Of a DNA stretch of 64,000 nt, positions 24,056-36,851 are shown piece by piece (the stretch's first letter is position 1; every line of letters begins with the position of its first letter). Under the pieces are notes generated by a model. That model did not search any database, was not told the DNA's origin, and worked only from the letters and a program-made list of their open reading frames with translations. The translations under genes were made by a program, and so were the position numbers. The DNA comes from Lama guanicoe (lineage: Eukaryota). Location of the stretch: positions 4,981,824 through 5,045,823 of the forward strand of contig MU054391.1 in assembly GCA_013239625.1 (NCBI GenBank). The letters are read 5' to 3'.

Positions 24056-25796
24056 ACTGGTTCAAACAATGCCACAGCCCTGGCTCAAAATTCTTAACGA
24101 TTTACAAGTTTTAACTCCTTAAAAATACAATAAAATAAGAATGCCGTTACATATTAAATTTTAACACACTGAAGTAGACCAACATATAAGGCTGTTAGCA
24201 GGTTATCCTAGTTTTATTTCAGTTTTTAGCAGACTGTGAAATAAAGCATTTCCTCCATCTTCATGTATATATTTAAATTCCTTCCTTTTAAAAAATCCAG
24301 ATCAGCACTTCTCTGTTCACAAAATTATGCAAGCAAGTGCACTGCTCCACCCTACGTGCTGCGCGCAGAGACCAGCAGCCAGTCAGAACATCGCCATAGC
24401 AACTCAGGACTGGAGCTGGGTGCCAGGACTGAGTTCAAGGAGCAGCACCCAACACTTCAACTGCTATAAAAAAAAAACGTGAGCAACCGTGAGATTATAT
24501 TGGTGATTCACCTAAGAAGCAAAGTTCCCAATTAAACTTTGAAGTTTCTGGATCAGATTCACTGAAAATATCCTGCCGTCGCAAGGCGAGTTTAAAAAAC
24601 GGTAACATTTGTATCTGCTTACGATTTAGAATTTCCTTGATTCTACATTACTATAACCAAGTGCAGAAAAAACAGAGGTTTAAACTAATGTAAGACTGCA
24701 ACAATCATCCACGTACCGCAATTTTGATATTCTTCTGAACAGCTTATTTTCCTAACTGAATTTATCAGGAAATGTTATAATTTGAGTCAATTATTTGCAC
24801 TCATTCTGCTTTATTTATGGGGATTCTACATAAGATTGAATTTGCAAAAAGGTTTCAACTGGGGGGAGCCTGAAAAACAGTGTTTTGCAGCACGATGCCT
24901 ACCCCCCTTATTCCCATGAAAGCGAGCAGACAACAGCAATTCACATGACGAAACAGTCATTTCAAGCCACAGTAACAGAGAAAAGTTAAGAGGCTAATGA
25001 GACAGGCAAAATATTTACAACAGACTTGATATGAAAATAGTATCTCTCATCAAAAAGCAAAGCCCAGCGTTCTACATCAAGAGTTTATACCGTGATATTT
25101 TAAAATATTCCAGCAAAAGTATAAAAAATCCAAATTTCGTAGCTGTTTGAGGAACACGAGCAACGCAGCGAAGTTTTAGCAAGTGGTGAGATGTTCACGT
25201 TGGCTTTAAGAAATCTCAAGAAGTGTTGCACTAATCATACAAAGGAAGAAAATGTTTTGCAATAAAACTCTGAATAACAAGCAGAGAATGGAGGCTCTGA
25301 ACTCAAAGTCTGACTATAAATATGCCTAAGATTAAAGCAAAACTTTTACTATACAAATTAACTTAAAGGTTTAATGTTGAATCAGCACAGAATCCAAGAT
25401 CTACAATGTGTAGGACTTAGTATTTTAAAATATAAACATTAATATAAACATAAATTTTGTAAGGAGATCAATTAAAAAAAAAACTCCTCTCCCTTCATAT
25501 CTATGTTTTTCCTAACAGTTAATTTAAAAGAACTTTAGGAGAAAAAGTACTACACTAAATCTAATAAAAACTATACATACAATCAGATAACCATTCATTC
25601 GTTTATGATCATGATTTTCTGTGCTTATAAATGTCTTGTGAAGCCACTCTTTAAAAAACAGGGGTGAAAGCTGAACGTTAGAGTTTGAAACAATCCTGAA
25701 CTCAGTGTTTTCCTTGTTTTTCTGCCACGGAAAAGGGAAAGCAAAATGCATTTGCTCTTATTTCTTGGCGGATCGCGCTAACAATGCTTCTGGTGA

Positions 25797-25832
25797 AATA
25801 CTCCCCCCTTGTGGACTTCTCGGGCGCTGCAA
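25797..25832 (-). promoter_or_regulatory. Candidate CTCF site (core plus upstream motif)
   Basis: Minus strand reads TTGCAGCGCCC-GAGAAGT-CCACAAGGGGGGAGTA. Confidence 0.45.
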
Positions 25833-27442
25833 GCAGAAGCCACTTCAACGGTTTTATATCCTCTCACCATCTCTTGGCATTTCAATCAGCTGGCGTTTGT
25901 ATTACACATTACTTTTGTTTATTCTCATATTTTGAAGTCTTAAAACATTTTATTTGAAATTCTGAAATCACAAACCTCTGTCAAAAAAATAATTTCAGGG
26001 GAAAAACTGATCTCTACCTGATATTTAATGCAGCATGTTTAATTTTTTGGCAAATTTGAATGATTCATTTATCATATTTGGTTTTTTAATGTAAATATTC
26101 ATAATACCCTTACTGTATTATAAAATAAACTGTAAGCCTATACAGGTAATAATAATTTTTGTTTTAGATATTAAAATATATTTTAGAAAAACTGATTTTG
26201 CTAATACTGTTTTCAAATTGCCTTGGTTAATATATCTGAGTCTTTCATGCTGAAGTTAGAAACACACAACTTTGGAACATTTAAAATTCTTTCTTTGTTT
26301 ATTAGTATAAAATACTGAATATGGCATTTTAAGTTGAAATGAGAAAATATTTTAAAAATCAATTTTATCCTATTGAAAGCAAAAGAAAAGCTATTGAAAA
26401 AGCTATCAAGAAAAATATTACAGCCACTTAGTATAATAAAAATGGTATAAAAGCTTAAACACACAGATGCACCAGCTGTTTAAGTGCTAAATATCACAAC
26501 TGATTTTTTCAAGTTTTCCATACAAAACCTACTGCAGTTAGTAGATACAATTAGAACTAAAAAAAGCATTGATCTGGGGTTTTACATAAGCTGGTAATAA
26601 GTCTGCATTTTTTTAAATGAAAAGATAAATTCCATCCTCTGGAAAAATTGCTATCTGCTATAAAACTCCCATTGATACATAATAAATGATTCTAAATATT
26701 CATTTGAAAATGAATAAAATTATCTGAAAATAAAAATAAAGTCAGTTTAGCTCTGCATTTCTACCATCTCAGACCCACAGTCTAGCTCTGTAGTTGCAGA
26801 CTGCCTCCTGGCTTCCAGAAACAGGCCTGGGGCGGCTCTAACAGCCACAGCTGTGTGATCTTAGGTAACTCCCATTCTCTGCCTCCCGAGTGGTGAGTGT
26901 TAAGTGAAATAACCTAGGTAAGTCCAATGTGTGGCACAGATCAAGGGCTGGAGTAATACTAGCTAATGCTTGTATTAGCATGTGCTCAGCACATAATAAA
27001 CTCTACATTTGCTTAATGAATGAATATAATCAAAATGTTTAGCATAATAAAAATGGAGTTCAGTTAAGCCCCAGGGCCTTTTGAAACAACACTGATAATG
27101 ACTAGAAACTGAAGTGGGAGGGACCTGTCTAAAAGTGGGCCGATTAGACGCAACTCCAAACCACGGCATTCATAAAATGATTATAAAGTGAGAAACCTTA
27201 GAAACGCAGCTGAACTCAAAGTTACAGGGAAACGCCTACGAAAACATTGCTTTGATTTTACTACCACCTGACAAAAGGCAGAAACTACTAGATGTTACTT
27301 GAAATATGTAATCACCATTCAATCTTGGTGTCTTACTATGTGCCTTACCCAGGGACCTATGGGCATAATAACAACGAATGTTTACCTACGTTTAGAACCA
27401 AAGAAGGAAGCGTCTGTGTGGATAGTATTCTTCTCAAGATAA

Positions 27443-27580
27443 GGTGGGCACAGCTCAGTGGTAGAGCACGTGCTTAGCATGCACAGGGTCCTGGGTTCAA
27501 TCCCCAGCACCTCCTCTATAAGTAAAGAAAGAAACCAAATTACCCCCCCTCCCCCCCCAAATTCCAAAATAAATAAATAG
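27443..27580 (+). mobile_element. tRNA-Ala-derived SINE (vic-1 type)
   Basis: cagctcagtggtagagcacgtgcttagcatgcacagggtcctgggttcaatccccagcacc followed by an A/C-rich tail. Confidence 0.9.
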
Positions 27581-27675
27581 GAAAACAAATATATGTATGT
27601 ATATGCATGACTGGGACATTGTACTTTATACCAGAAATTGACACGTTGTAACTGACTATACTTCAGTTAAAAAAT
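27581..27675 (+). mobile_element. Short 3' end of a lineage-specific L1
   Basis: atatgcatgactgggacattg...gtaactgactatacttcagttaaaaaa; homologous to the inverted copy at ~48972-49046. Confidence 0.75.
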
Positions 27676-28739
27676 AGAAAAGATTAAATGCAGCTCTCCA
27701 TTTACCACTTCCCCCCAAACCATGCTTTCCTCAATGCAAACGTCATCATCGTATTTCTTTATTCTTTCAGAAATACCCACTACTGCCTACTCCATGCCAA
27801 GAATGTCTAGAGGCAAGGCATTCAGCAAGGTTTAAGGAAGTTACATTTCGTAGAGTTAACGGTCTAGTTCAGGAAACAAATACTAAAGAAATCGCAATGC
27901 ACATCTTTATAAAAGGGAAGTGTAACTTTGGGAAGTGTCATGAAGTAACATACCAGTCCACAATGAACGCATCTAATAACACCCTGGAGGCTGGGGTGGG
28001 GCTGGTTAGAAGAGGCTTCCTGACGCAGTGACATTTAAGGTGAGATCAGGAGACTAAGGTGGGAGAGGGGAGGATGGGGCAGAGACATAGGGTGGAAAGA
28101 GAAAAGGCAAGAGGGAGGAGGCAAGAGAAGGGGCTGGAAAGCCACGCTAAGGCTGTTGGGGCCTGCAGGTAAACCTGATTCCTGTAGAGAGAATTCTGAC
28201 CAAGTATTTTTCATCACCTGGAGCCCAACCTGGAATGCATGACCATCGTTCTCATCTTGCACATCCCATAAATCAAATTCAGTATTTCTCTACAAGCAAG
28301 CCTCCGGTTGCTCTCTCTGTACCTGTCAGTTCTTCATTCGGTGGAACCCACTTTTTGCTCCCTCTCAAGCAGGGGTTGAAATTGGGGCGGGGATGCAGCT
28401 GGGAAGTCCAAAGGAAAAAAATGCAATTGGAAAAATGATCCAAAAAGTAGGCTTATAAATCCATCATTTTATTAGAAAATAAGGAATCAAATGATGGTAA
28501 GAAACATGAAACTATCCCAACAGGAGAGACACGCAGGGATAGTAGTCACATAAACCCTGGCGGATGTTGAGAATAACTACTTGGTTTCTGTCAGACGCTG
28601 CAGCAAGGCTGCAGGCGATGCTCCCATCCCGCTTTCCCACGTCCAGGCAGGGTCACTATGTGCCACGCTCCACCACTCCAGTTCATCTTGACCGAGGGGT
28701 CACCACCTACTTCCACCACAACTTCTCATTTACCCTGAT

Positions 28740-29435
28740 TTTTCTACCCAGTTTCATTCCTACCCTCTTCCCAGCACAGGACTCTCAAAATACACGCCCT
28801 TAGGTCAGTGGGGTTCCCGAACTCCGGCCAAGCTGCACAGACATGACCAAGAGGCACCTGAGAGCAGACGCAGTGGATCGCCACCTTACTCAGGGCAGAA
28901 GCCGAAGTCCTCTCAATGGTCCTCCTAAAGCTGTCCGGGGCCCATCCCCCGGCCTCCCTGACCTCACCTCCCACCCCTCCCCGCCACGGAACCCCCTCTG
29001 GCCACCCCGAACCCCTCCTTGCTGCTGTTCCCCAAACACTCCAGGCACCCGCTGGCCCCAGGGCCTGTGTCCAAACTGGTCCTGCTGCCTAGAAATGCTT
29101 CCCCAGAATCCTACTTGGTAATTCTCTCTCCTCCCTCAAGCCTTTGCTCGGCACTTCCCCTCTCAAGGAGGCCTCTCCTGAGCCTCCTGCGTGGTGTGGG
29201 TCCTGCACACTCCTCGTCCCCGGACTCTGTTCTGTTTTATTTTCCCATAGCTCGTGTCACCTTCGAACAAGCTGCAGACGTGTGCATTACAGACACTGTT
29301 CATCACCCACACCTCCCTGCTGGAGTCAGTCCCCCGGCGTAGGATCTGTCCGCTTTATTCACGTACCCAAGCTCCTCCAGTGGCGCCTGGTCCATCGTGA
29401 GCGCTCAGTAACTGTTTTCTGAATAAATGAATAAA
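28740..29435 (+). mobile_element. L2a 3' portion (GC-rich copy)
   Basis: ctccttgctgctgttcccc...cagggcct...ctgcctagaaatgc; ends gcgctcagtaactgttttctgaataaatgaat. Confidence 0.75.
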
Positions 29436-30136
29436 CTCTAAGCTTTCTCCCATGAATCTCTCTCACACCTTTGGGTGTTGCTATGACTCTGGCAGCAACA
29501 ATAAAACAAACAAGTAGCAAAATACCTAAATAGATAAACTCCAAATCAAATGTATCTAGGTTATCACATTTCATTTTTTTTGTCTCCAAACAACAAAAGT
29601 AGGTGTGGTTGCAGGTATACCGAAATAGACTAAACAGTTCTGCCCTTCACCTTTATTTATCTTCAGGAACCTGAATTTTCCAATTACTTTCCACAAAGAC
29701 AATGGATCAAAATAGACAATGCGCAGTAAGAAATGCGTGTTCATCAACAGTATGTCTGTTTACAGGCGTCTTTGAAAGCTTAATCTTCACGTAACCTGGC
29801 AAATATATCATTTATTTTATCCAGTCAAAATGTGATTTCTATTTTAGATTATATTTTTTGTCCAACACAAACCTGCTTGGCTTCCCCTCCTATATGGGGA
29901 AATAGTTCATGATCTTACAAAGAATTCAATCAGAGTATTTTCAAAAAAGATAAAGATATTAATAAAGTATTGAACCCCTTAATAAAGTATTTATATTGTA
30001 TGTATACATTAAAGGCAGGTGTGTTTGGGGAGTAGAGATGGAAACGATAATTACCCACAAGACAGTAATGGAATCATTGTGGATCAGTGACAACGCACAC
30101 ACCCACAGAGAAGTCACATCAATGCCAAGAAGACAT

Positions 30137-30367
30137 AGGGGGGTGGGAAGGGACAGACTGGGATTTCAAAATGTAGAACAGATAAACAAGATTATACTGT
30201 ATAGCACAGGGAAATATATACAAGATCTTGTGTAGCTCACAGAGAAAAAAAAAAGTGACAATGAATATATGTATGTTCATGTAGAACTGAAAAATTATGC
30301 TCTACACTGGAATTTGACACAACATTGTGAAATGACTATAACTCAGTAAAAAAAAATGTTTAAAAAA
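30137..30367 (+). mobile_element. 5'-truncated lineage-specific L1 3' end
   Basis: tactgtatagcacagggaaatatat motif and A tail; 16-bp duplication aatgccaagaagacat / aataccaagaaggcat with 2 mismatches. Confidence 0.85.
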
Positions 30368-33300
30368 AATACCAAGAAGGCATGGAATGTCGTTAAGATT
30401 CTAAACTATCTATAAAAAATCCTAAAACAGCAGGCACGAACCAGCATTTGGAATGAATATGTACACTATCTTAAACCCTAAATTAAGGAAAAAGCCATCA
30501 GTACAAAGGATGTACTCTGAACTACAGAGGAGTTAAGACAACTCCTTTGCAAACCTAGACTAACTAGCATCCAATGTTTATGTTATTCCAATTCTTAACT
30601 TAAGTCCACGTGCACAGGAAACACACCTACACATGATCTGGGCCACAAGGTGGGATAGGAAGGGGGACGGATAATCAGCCAAAACCTGAAGGAAAGCAGA
30701 TGGTGGTCGTGAGAGCTAAGAGGCAGGAGATAACCAGCAGTCATCAAATAAGGCTTACGAAAACTTGGGCTGAATATCAGGAAGAAATAGATGACGTTTT
30801 ATTATGAAAAATGTCTTAAGTAAGAAATACTATTACTTGAATAATTTAAAGATATTAAATTTAGGATGTTATAAATTAGATGTCTATAGTGTGTATTCTG
30901 CAATTGGCTATTTCAGTGAAATGGAAAATGACTACCATTCTGAGACTCTCTCAAGACTTACTCAATCATTTTAAAAAATCAAAACAAAGTATGGTGTTAT
31001 CCTTATCACAAAACTATTCTGCCCGCATCATCCTGAGTAAAAGATTGCTTGAGCAGTGTCAAAACAGAAATTTGAAATATTATCTTCATTAAAACTTTTA
31101 ACTTGATCTTTTAAAAACCTCTATTATTGCCTAAAATGCTTACTGAAAAATAGAGAAATAAAGTTCTGTACTAAAATATCTCAGTGGTGTCTAAAACTCT
31201 GTAATACAAGTAGACAGAAAATCTTTATCTACAGTTTTTATTTTACTCTCTTTCTTCTTACTAAATGTATGTTAACAAAAAAAAACCCTCAAATGATCTA
31301 GACAAAAGCTTTTAGCTCAACACATAATTGCAAGAAAATTACAATAATTGTACCAATTAAAATAATCTTGAATGAGCAGTATGTCATCTTAATGTTCCAA
31401 TGGTTTATAGAGGGATCTACTTAATTAGCCGAAATTGCTTTCCAGTGTTAGTATCAAATGTCATTTGTTAAAAGTTGAACAATTTAGAAAATAATTTAAC
31501 AAAGCAATTTTACCAAACACCAAGAACCAACATTTTCTTCTTCAGCTGAATAAAGCAAGCAGATGTGTCATCAAATTGCTATAAAAATAAATGAGGCTTT
31601 TTATAGATTAAAAAAATTTTACTACTAGCGTTAAAAATACTATTTTCTGATTGTTTTTACCAAATCAGATTTCTTTAATAAAATAAATGAATATCAATTA
31701 TATACTGCTGCTTTTTGTCTGCTGTAAATAAAACTTTTTATTATTCAAATGACAAGCAATAGCACCAAAGAACTCAACTATAGTTAGCCAGACACAGTCA
31801 TTTAAATTATTCTAACATATTCCAATACATGATTTTTCACTATGTTGGTCAAATTGTCTTCCTCTAGTTTTTCATTCGAAATCATCTTAAATTATTTTAA
31901 GTCAATTCCTTAATGAATTCTCAAAGATTCTTACTACATTGTCTTTTTTCTCTTCCTTCAACTGCCTATAAGATAGTCTTTGTAAGTATTTACAGGCACA
32001 TAGGTTATACTTATTTGGGGGGGAAAAAAGGCATCTCAAGATCACCCTGAATCATACTTGGCAGGCCCACCAAGGGCTTAAGTCTAAAACAACAGATTAA
32101 GGGCAAAACAAAGTTCTCATTACCTCAGTGTAACTCTAGTACATAACATTCCATATTTATTTGAACAGAATTAAGCATTTCCTCTATAAAAATTCACTCA
32201 AGCTATGTTTATTATATGATTTAAAATACCCCCCTCAAAAACATTTCTCCAGCAAATGTTCTGTCTCATAAACAGGGTGAAAAATTATCTTTAAACTCTA
32301 AGTGACATAATCTCTTTTGTCTGTAAGATACATTCTAATTAACCAAAAATGTAAACTTCTAAAAAGTTCCTTGAACAACTAGTCATATAAGTTTGAGATT
32401 CAAATGCTGGAAGTTTGGGTGCAAGTTTTAAGAGGCCAAGCAACTGTCTCAGAATAGTAGAAGAGTAGTTCTAGCCTAAAAAGTTTTCTGTCATCCAGAA
32501 AGCAATGTTTTAGCCTGATACTGATAAAACTTGTTAATTGGCTAAATTGTTTGAGCCATCCCATTTTTATTTTCTTCCAGTTGTTTCAAATGTATATGTT
32601 TTACCTCCAAACAGAATATAAGTTCCTCAACACTCAAGTATTTAGGGACAAAAGATAAGCTGTTAGAAAACAACGTGTGTGTGCGCGTGCATGCGTGTGT
32701 GTGCACGTGTGTGTGGAGAGAGAGGAAGAAGGAGAGAGGAGGACACAGGAGGCAGTGAGAGCGCAAATAATAAAGCACTCAAAGCAAAACCTTCGTAATA
32801 AGCGGATCTGAATCAAGGTTGTAAGGTGTTCTTTGGACTATTCTTGTTCTTGCAATCTTTTTGTAAGTTTGAAAGTATTTTCAAATAGAAAAAAATCTTC
32901 ATTAAAAAATACGTAAGTTCCTTTGGGGCATAAGATGCTTTTTATACTTGTCCCTCTGTGTTCCTCCGCCAGGCCCTGGAACACATAAAAGCACGAAGGA
33001 CAACAATATAAGCCCTGACCCACTGCAAAAATTCACACTGAATACACCTTAAATGGAGAAAGTTAACTCGAATGGAGAAACAAAAATCAAGGGAAACCAT
33101 CAGGTCTCTACACCTACTCATCTTGGTTTCTTTCAGAAAAGAAGAGGCAAGATTTCAGGAAGACAGGTTATATTCAAATGATTTCTAAAATGATACTGAA
33201 TTACTCTCATCCTTCTTGAATCCTCTGTCTTTCTGTCACTATCCCAGCAAAAAACTAAACGGAAAACTCCAAAGCCATTACTTTCTAATTTAAAGTACTG

Positions 33301-33721
33301 CCAGTGAGTTAAAAGCTTAGTCTCATACAATAACACGCTCAAAGTTCTCTATATAGTTTAACAACATACAGAAGAAATGAATTATCTGCAAAGAAATCAG
33401 ACACTGTGGATTATTTTTAAGTTTTTTAAAATATATATGATTTCACTGAGTAACTCACTAACCCAAGAGGTGCGGACTCCAATCACACTTGACCTCATTG
33501 ATGGACTGTGCCTCCTCCTTCCTATAGGACCTGAACTGGCTACCTGGACTTCGTGGTGTTCGTATATTGTGGCTCTCAAAACACGAGTGAACACGGCACC
33601 CTCTGCATCCACTTGTTCCATACCTTTTAGAGGTACTGGCTGTTCTGCCATTAGAATCAATCAATCAGTCAGTCAAGTGTGGTCTGTGATTCATCCTGCC
33701 ACCACGAAACAAAATGGTAGC

Positions 33722-33868
33722 GGGGAAGGGTATAGCTCAGCGGTAGAGTGCATGCCTAGAATGCATAAGGTTCTGGGTTCAATCCCCAGTATCTCCATTA
33801 AAAAATTAATAAAAATCTAATTTCCTCTCCCCCCAAAAAATAAAATAATAAAATAAAATTTAAAAAAT
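33722..33868 (+). mobile_element. tRNA-Ala-derived SINE (vic-1 type)
   Basis: ggggaagggtatagctcagcggtagagtgcatgcctag...gggttcaatccccagt; imperfect duplication aacaaaatggtag / aacacaatagtag. Confidence 0.9.
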
Positions 33869-34199
33869 AACACAATAGTAGGGAATTTTTTAAAGCTTTC
33901 AACAAAGCTATGTATATATATATACACGTAATGATTCCCAATTACATGTGGCACGTGTATAAAGGTTACTGAAAACTCACGAGTGCCCTAAGGAGCACAG
34001 CTCTCAGATTTATTTAATTTAAACTCTGTCCTCAAATAAAAATGTTAACAAAGCAACAAATATTTACTGAACCATCATTATGGAGAACGAAAGGAATGGG
34101 AAGAGGAAGATTTTAGTAAGACCCAGGTACTTCATATTTGTATCCCTGCTTCTTTTCACTTGCTGAAATCACAGCATTTATATTTTAATTATTTACTGT

Positions 34200-35470
34200 G
34201 TCTCTTCCGCTGCTTAAAAATTTTTAACTCACAGAAAAGTTGAAAGGACAGGACAACTAACACCCAAATACACCTCACCTTGTCTCACAAACTGTTAACA
34301 CACGTACATCTCGATACACCTGCTATCTACCCCTCCCCCATACACGTATATGTACATGTAAACACACTCACGTTAACACATACGCTAAACACAGATATAC
34401 ACATATGCACATCTATACACATACATATACTTTCTTTTGCCAAACCATCTAAAAGTGTATTTCACATGTAAATACTTCAGCATGAATCTCCCCAAAACAC
34501 CACTACCATACCTGAGGAAATTAACATTAATTCAAAAGCTCAAACTCCCCAAATGCCTGCCAAATGCCCTTCAACGCTCTATTTCTCTACTGACACAGAT
34601 TCCAATCACAGCTCACACACTGCATTTTGGCTGTCGGGTTTCTTTAGTCTCCCCTAGTGGCCGATATGGAATCCAAGCCAGTTGTCTCATAGAATGTCCT
34701 CCATTCTGGACTCATCTGGCTGTTTCCTCATAATTAGAATCACAGTGAAACACCGCTGGCAACACCACCACATAGATGACGTGGTACCTTCTACTGCATT
34801 TCATCCAGAGGCATCTGATGCCGTGCATCCCAGTAACAGTGTCAGGCTTGACTGCTTGATTAAAACTGTGGTGATGGCCAGATCTCTCCACTGCAAGGGC
34901 ATTTCTTCTCTGCAATCATACCTAACCTGGGGAGTGATATTTTGAAGCCATGTGCACCTCCTGTTCCCCTACAACTTTCTCCCAGTGATTCTGGCAACCA
35001 CCGATGATCCTTGCTTGAATCAATTATTATACTGGGGATTAAAAATGGTAATTTTTCTATGTCATTCATCCTTTCTACACATGAGCTGGCATTTCCTATG
35101 ATTTAAAAACCACCAATTATTCCTTTTTTTTTTCTCTTCTAAGTAGTACTATGGACCTGTGGATTTTTTCCCTGGTATGTTACAAACCGTTACTATCATT
35201 CCTCTTTGTGATTCTCAGATGGGCCCCCAAATTTGAAAGGTGCTCCGTCAAGCTAAGTCCTGTGCCCTCTGTAAGTCCTGCAGACCCCACTGTAAGTGAA
35301 CACATCCTTCCTTGATTTCTGACGCAGCAATCCCCTGCTGATAAATTAGTTTAGCAGGCTCCCCCTGAGCTTTCCCTGCCTTACACCTGGAATCAGCCGT
35401 TGCTCAAAGGAGTCCCGGAACTCAGAAACCAAGATCCAGGCTCTGCGTGTGCTCCCCAGGGGCTGATTTG
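34200..35470 (-). mobile_element. Old L1MC/L1ME-type 3' UTR fragment
   Basis: tttaactcacagaaaagttgaaa start and ctggaatcagcc...tcaaaggag...agaaaccaagatc end; subfamily uncertain. Confidence 0.6.
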
Positions 35471-36688
35471 AGCCCTATTCTGTACCAAACCCCAAAATTG
35501 TGCTCATCGAGCAGACAGTCATTATTATACAGCACCTGTGTTCTGATGCAAATGCTTACTCATGATATAAAAGAGTATTTTATTACCCAACCAAGGGAAA
35601 AACCAATCATGTATCTCATAATAAAAAGAAGATTTCTAAAACATCAAAGAGCAGAGCCAGCTCAGTGACACTGCGCTGCAGGCCATAGTAGTTGTGAGTC
35701 ACTGCCATCTACCGGAACACCTACTTGGTGCAGCCCACATAGCTCAAACTCATTTAACTTATCATAAATCAAACAGCAAAACCCACAAGAGCTTAAGTCT
35801 GCAGACAAATCCTACAACCATCCTGTATATTCTAAAATCGGTTATTTACCTAGAAAATATTAGATAAAATATGTACATGAAAAATGGGGACTGGAAAACA
35901 ATGAAAACCACGTGCTGACGATACTGTAAGAGAAATTATTTGGAATCCTTAAAGTTTTAATACATGAAGTCTACATTGAGCGGTTTGCTAGATTTAATAT
36001 TTTTATTTAGAGTTGTAACTGAAAACCTCAAAGGTATTAAGTTTCTGGTGAACAAAAAGGATAATTTTGTTTTGTGAATTTGACAAGAAAAAGTGGTAAC
36101 TCTTAAAACGTGACATACTTGACATTTCACTGAGCCTTAATGTCTTTCCAGACAAAAAAATCCTTTATCAGAAGTTGACTTTAAAATACTTCAAACGTCT
36201 GACTATAAAATTCCTTTATTGTCTAATGCAAAGAATGTTCTCCAGCCAGTATTCACAGTTCCCTAAATCCCCCAGACACAAAGCTGTAAGACTCTCTGCA
36301 CTAATGATTTGGAAAATGTAACCTCCCTAATGTTCTATGAAGACACTTGGGACAAAAAATAAAATGAAAATAAATCATATTTTTAAGGTTTGCGTTTTGT
36401 GTATATAAATACATAAAGCTAACAGGACTGTTCATTAAACTTTTTTTAATCATATAGGTTACACTGAGAAAGGAAGACTGTATCCAAACGAAGTTGTAAA
36501 TTTTACATGATGGAATATGTACCTGTGCTAGTACAACTCTGAAACTGTAATAGAACTAATGAGAATGATTAGTTGAATCCAGAACTATAGATTTTACACA
36601 TATTATTTTGTATTCATTTTGATTTATATGCATTAATTTTCTTCTGAAAAGTCAACTTAATCCAAGATAAAGAGGTCAGAAAGAGTAC

Positions 36689-36851
36689 CTTTCATAGATG
36701 GTTTTTAACGTCATTTGATCTGGAACACCCTCAGTCTCTTCCAAATATAATATGAGCCACGAGGTTCGGTACGGCCACTGCTCAGTAAGGTTGATCCAGC
36801 TAGCAAGCCTGTCCCAGTTGAAACTTATCTGATTGGCTCTCAGTAATCGCC
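36689..36851 (-). CDS. KIDINS220: Exon ~22: (G)[31 protein letters not shown]...LKTIYE
   Basis: ccttaaag|GG ... GAAAG|gtactc; 163 nt, phase 1-2. Confidence 0.98.

Noticed and set aside
27443..27515. Possible tRNA-Ala gene (also at 7938 and 33722)
   Set aside because: Diverged copies with A-rich tails, two with target-site duplications, so they are SINEs
33377..33820. 147-aa plus-strand ORF and overlapping minus-strand ORFs
   Set aside because: Runs into a SINE and resembles no protein I recognise
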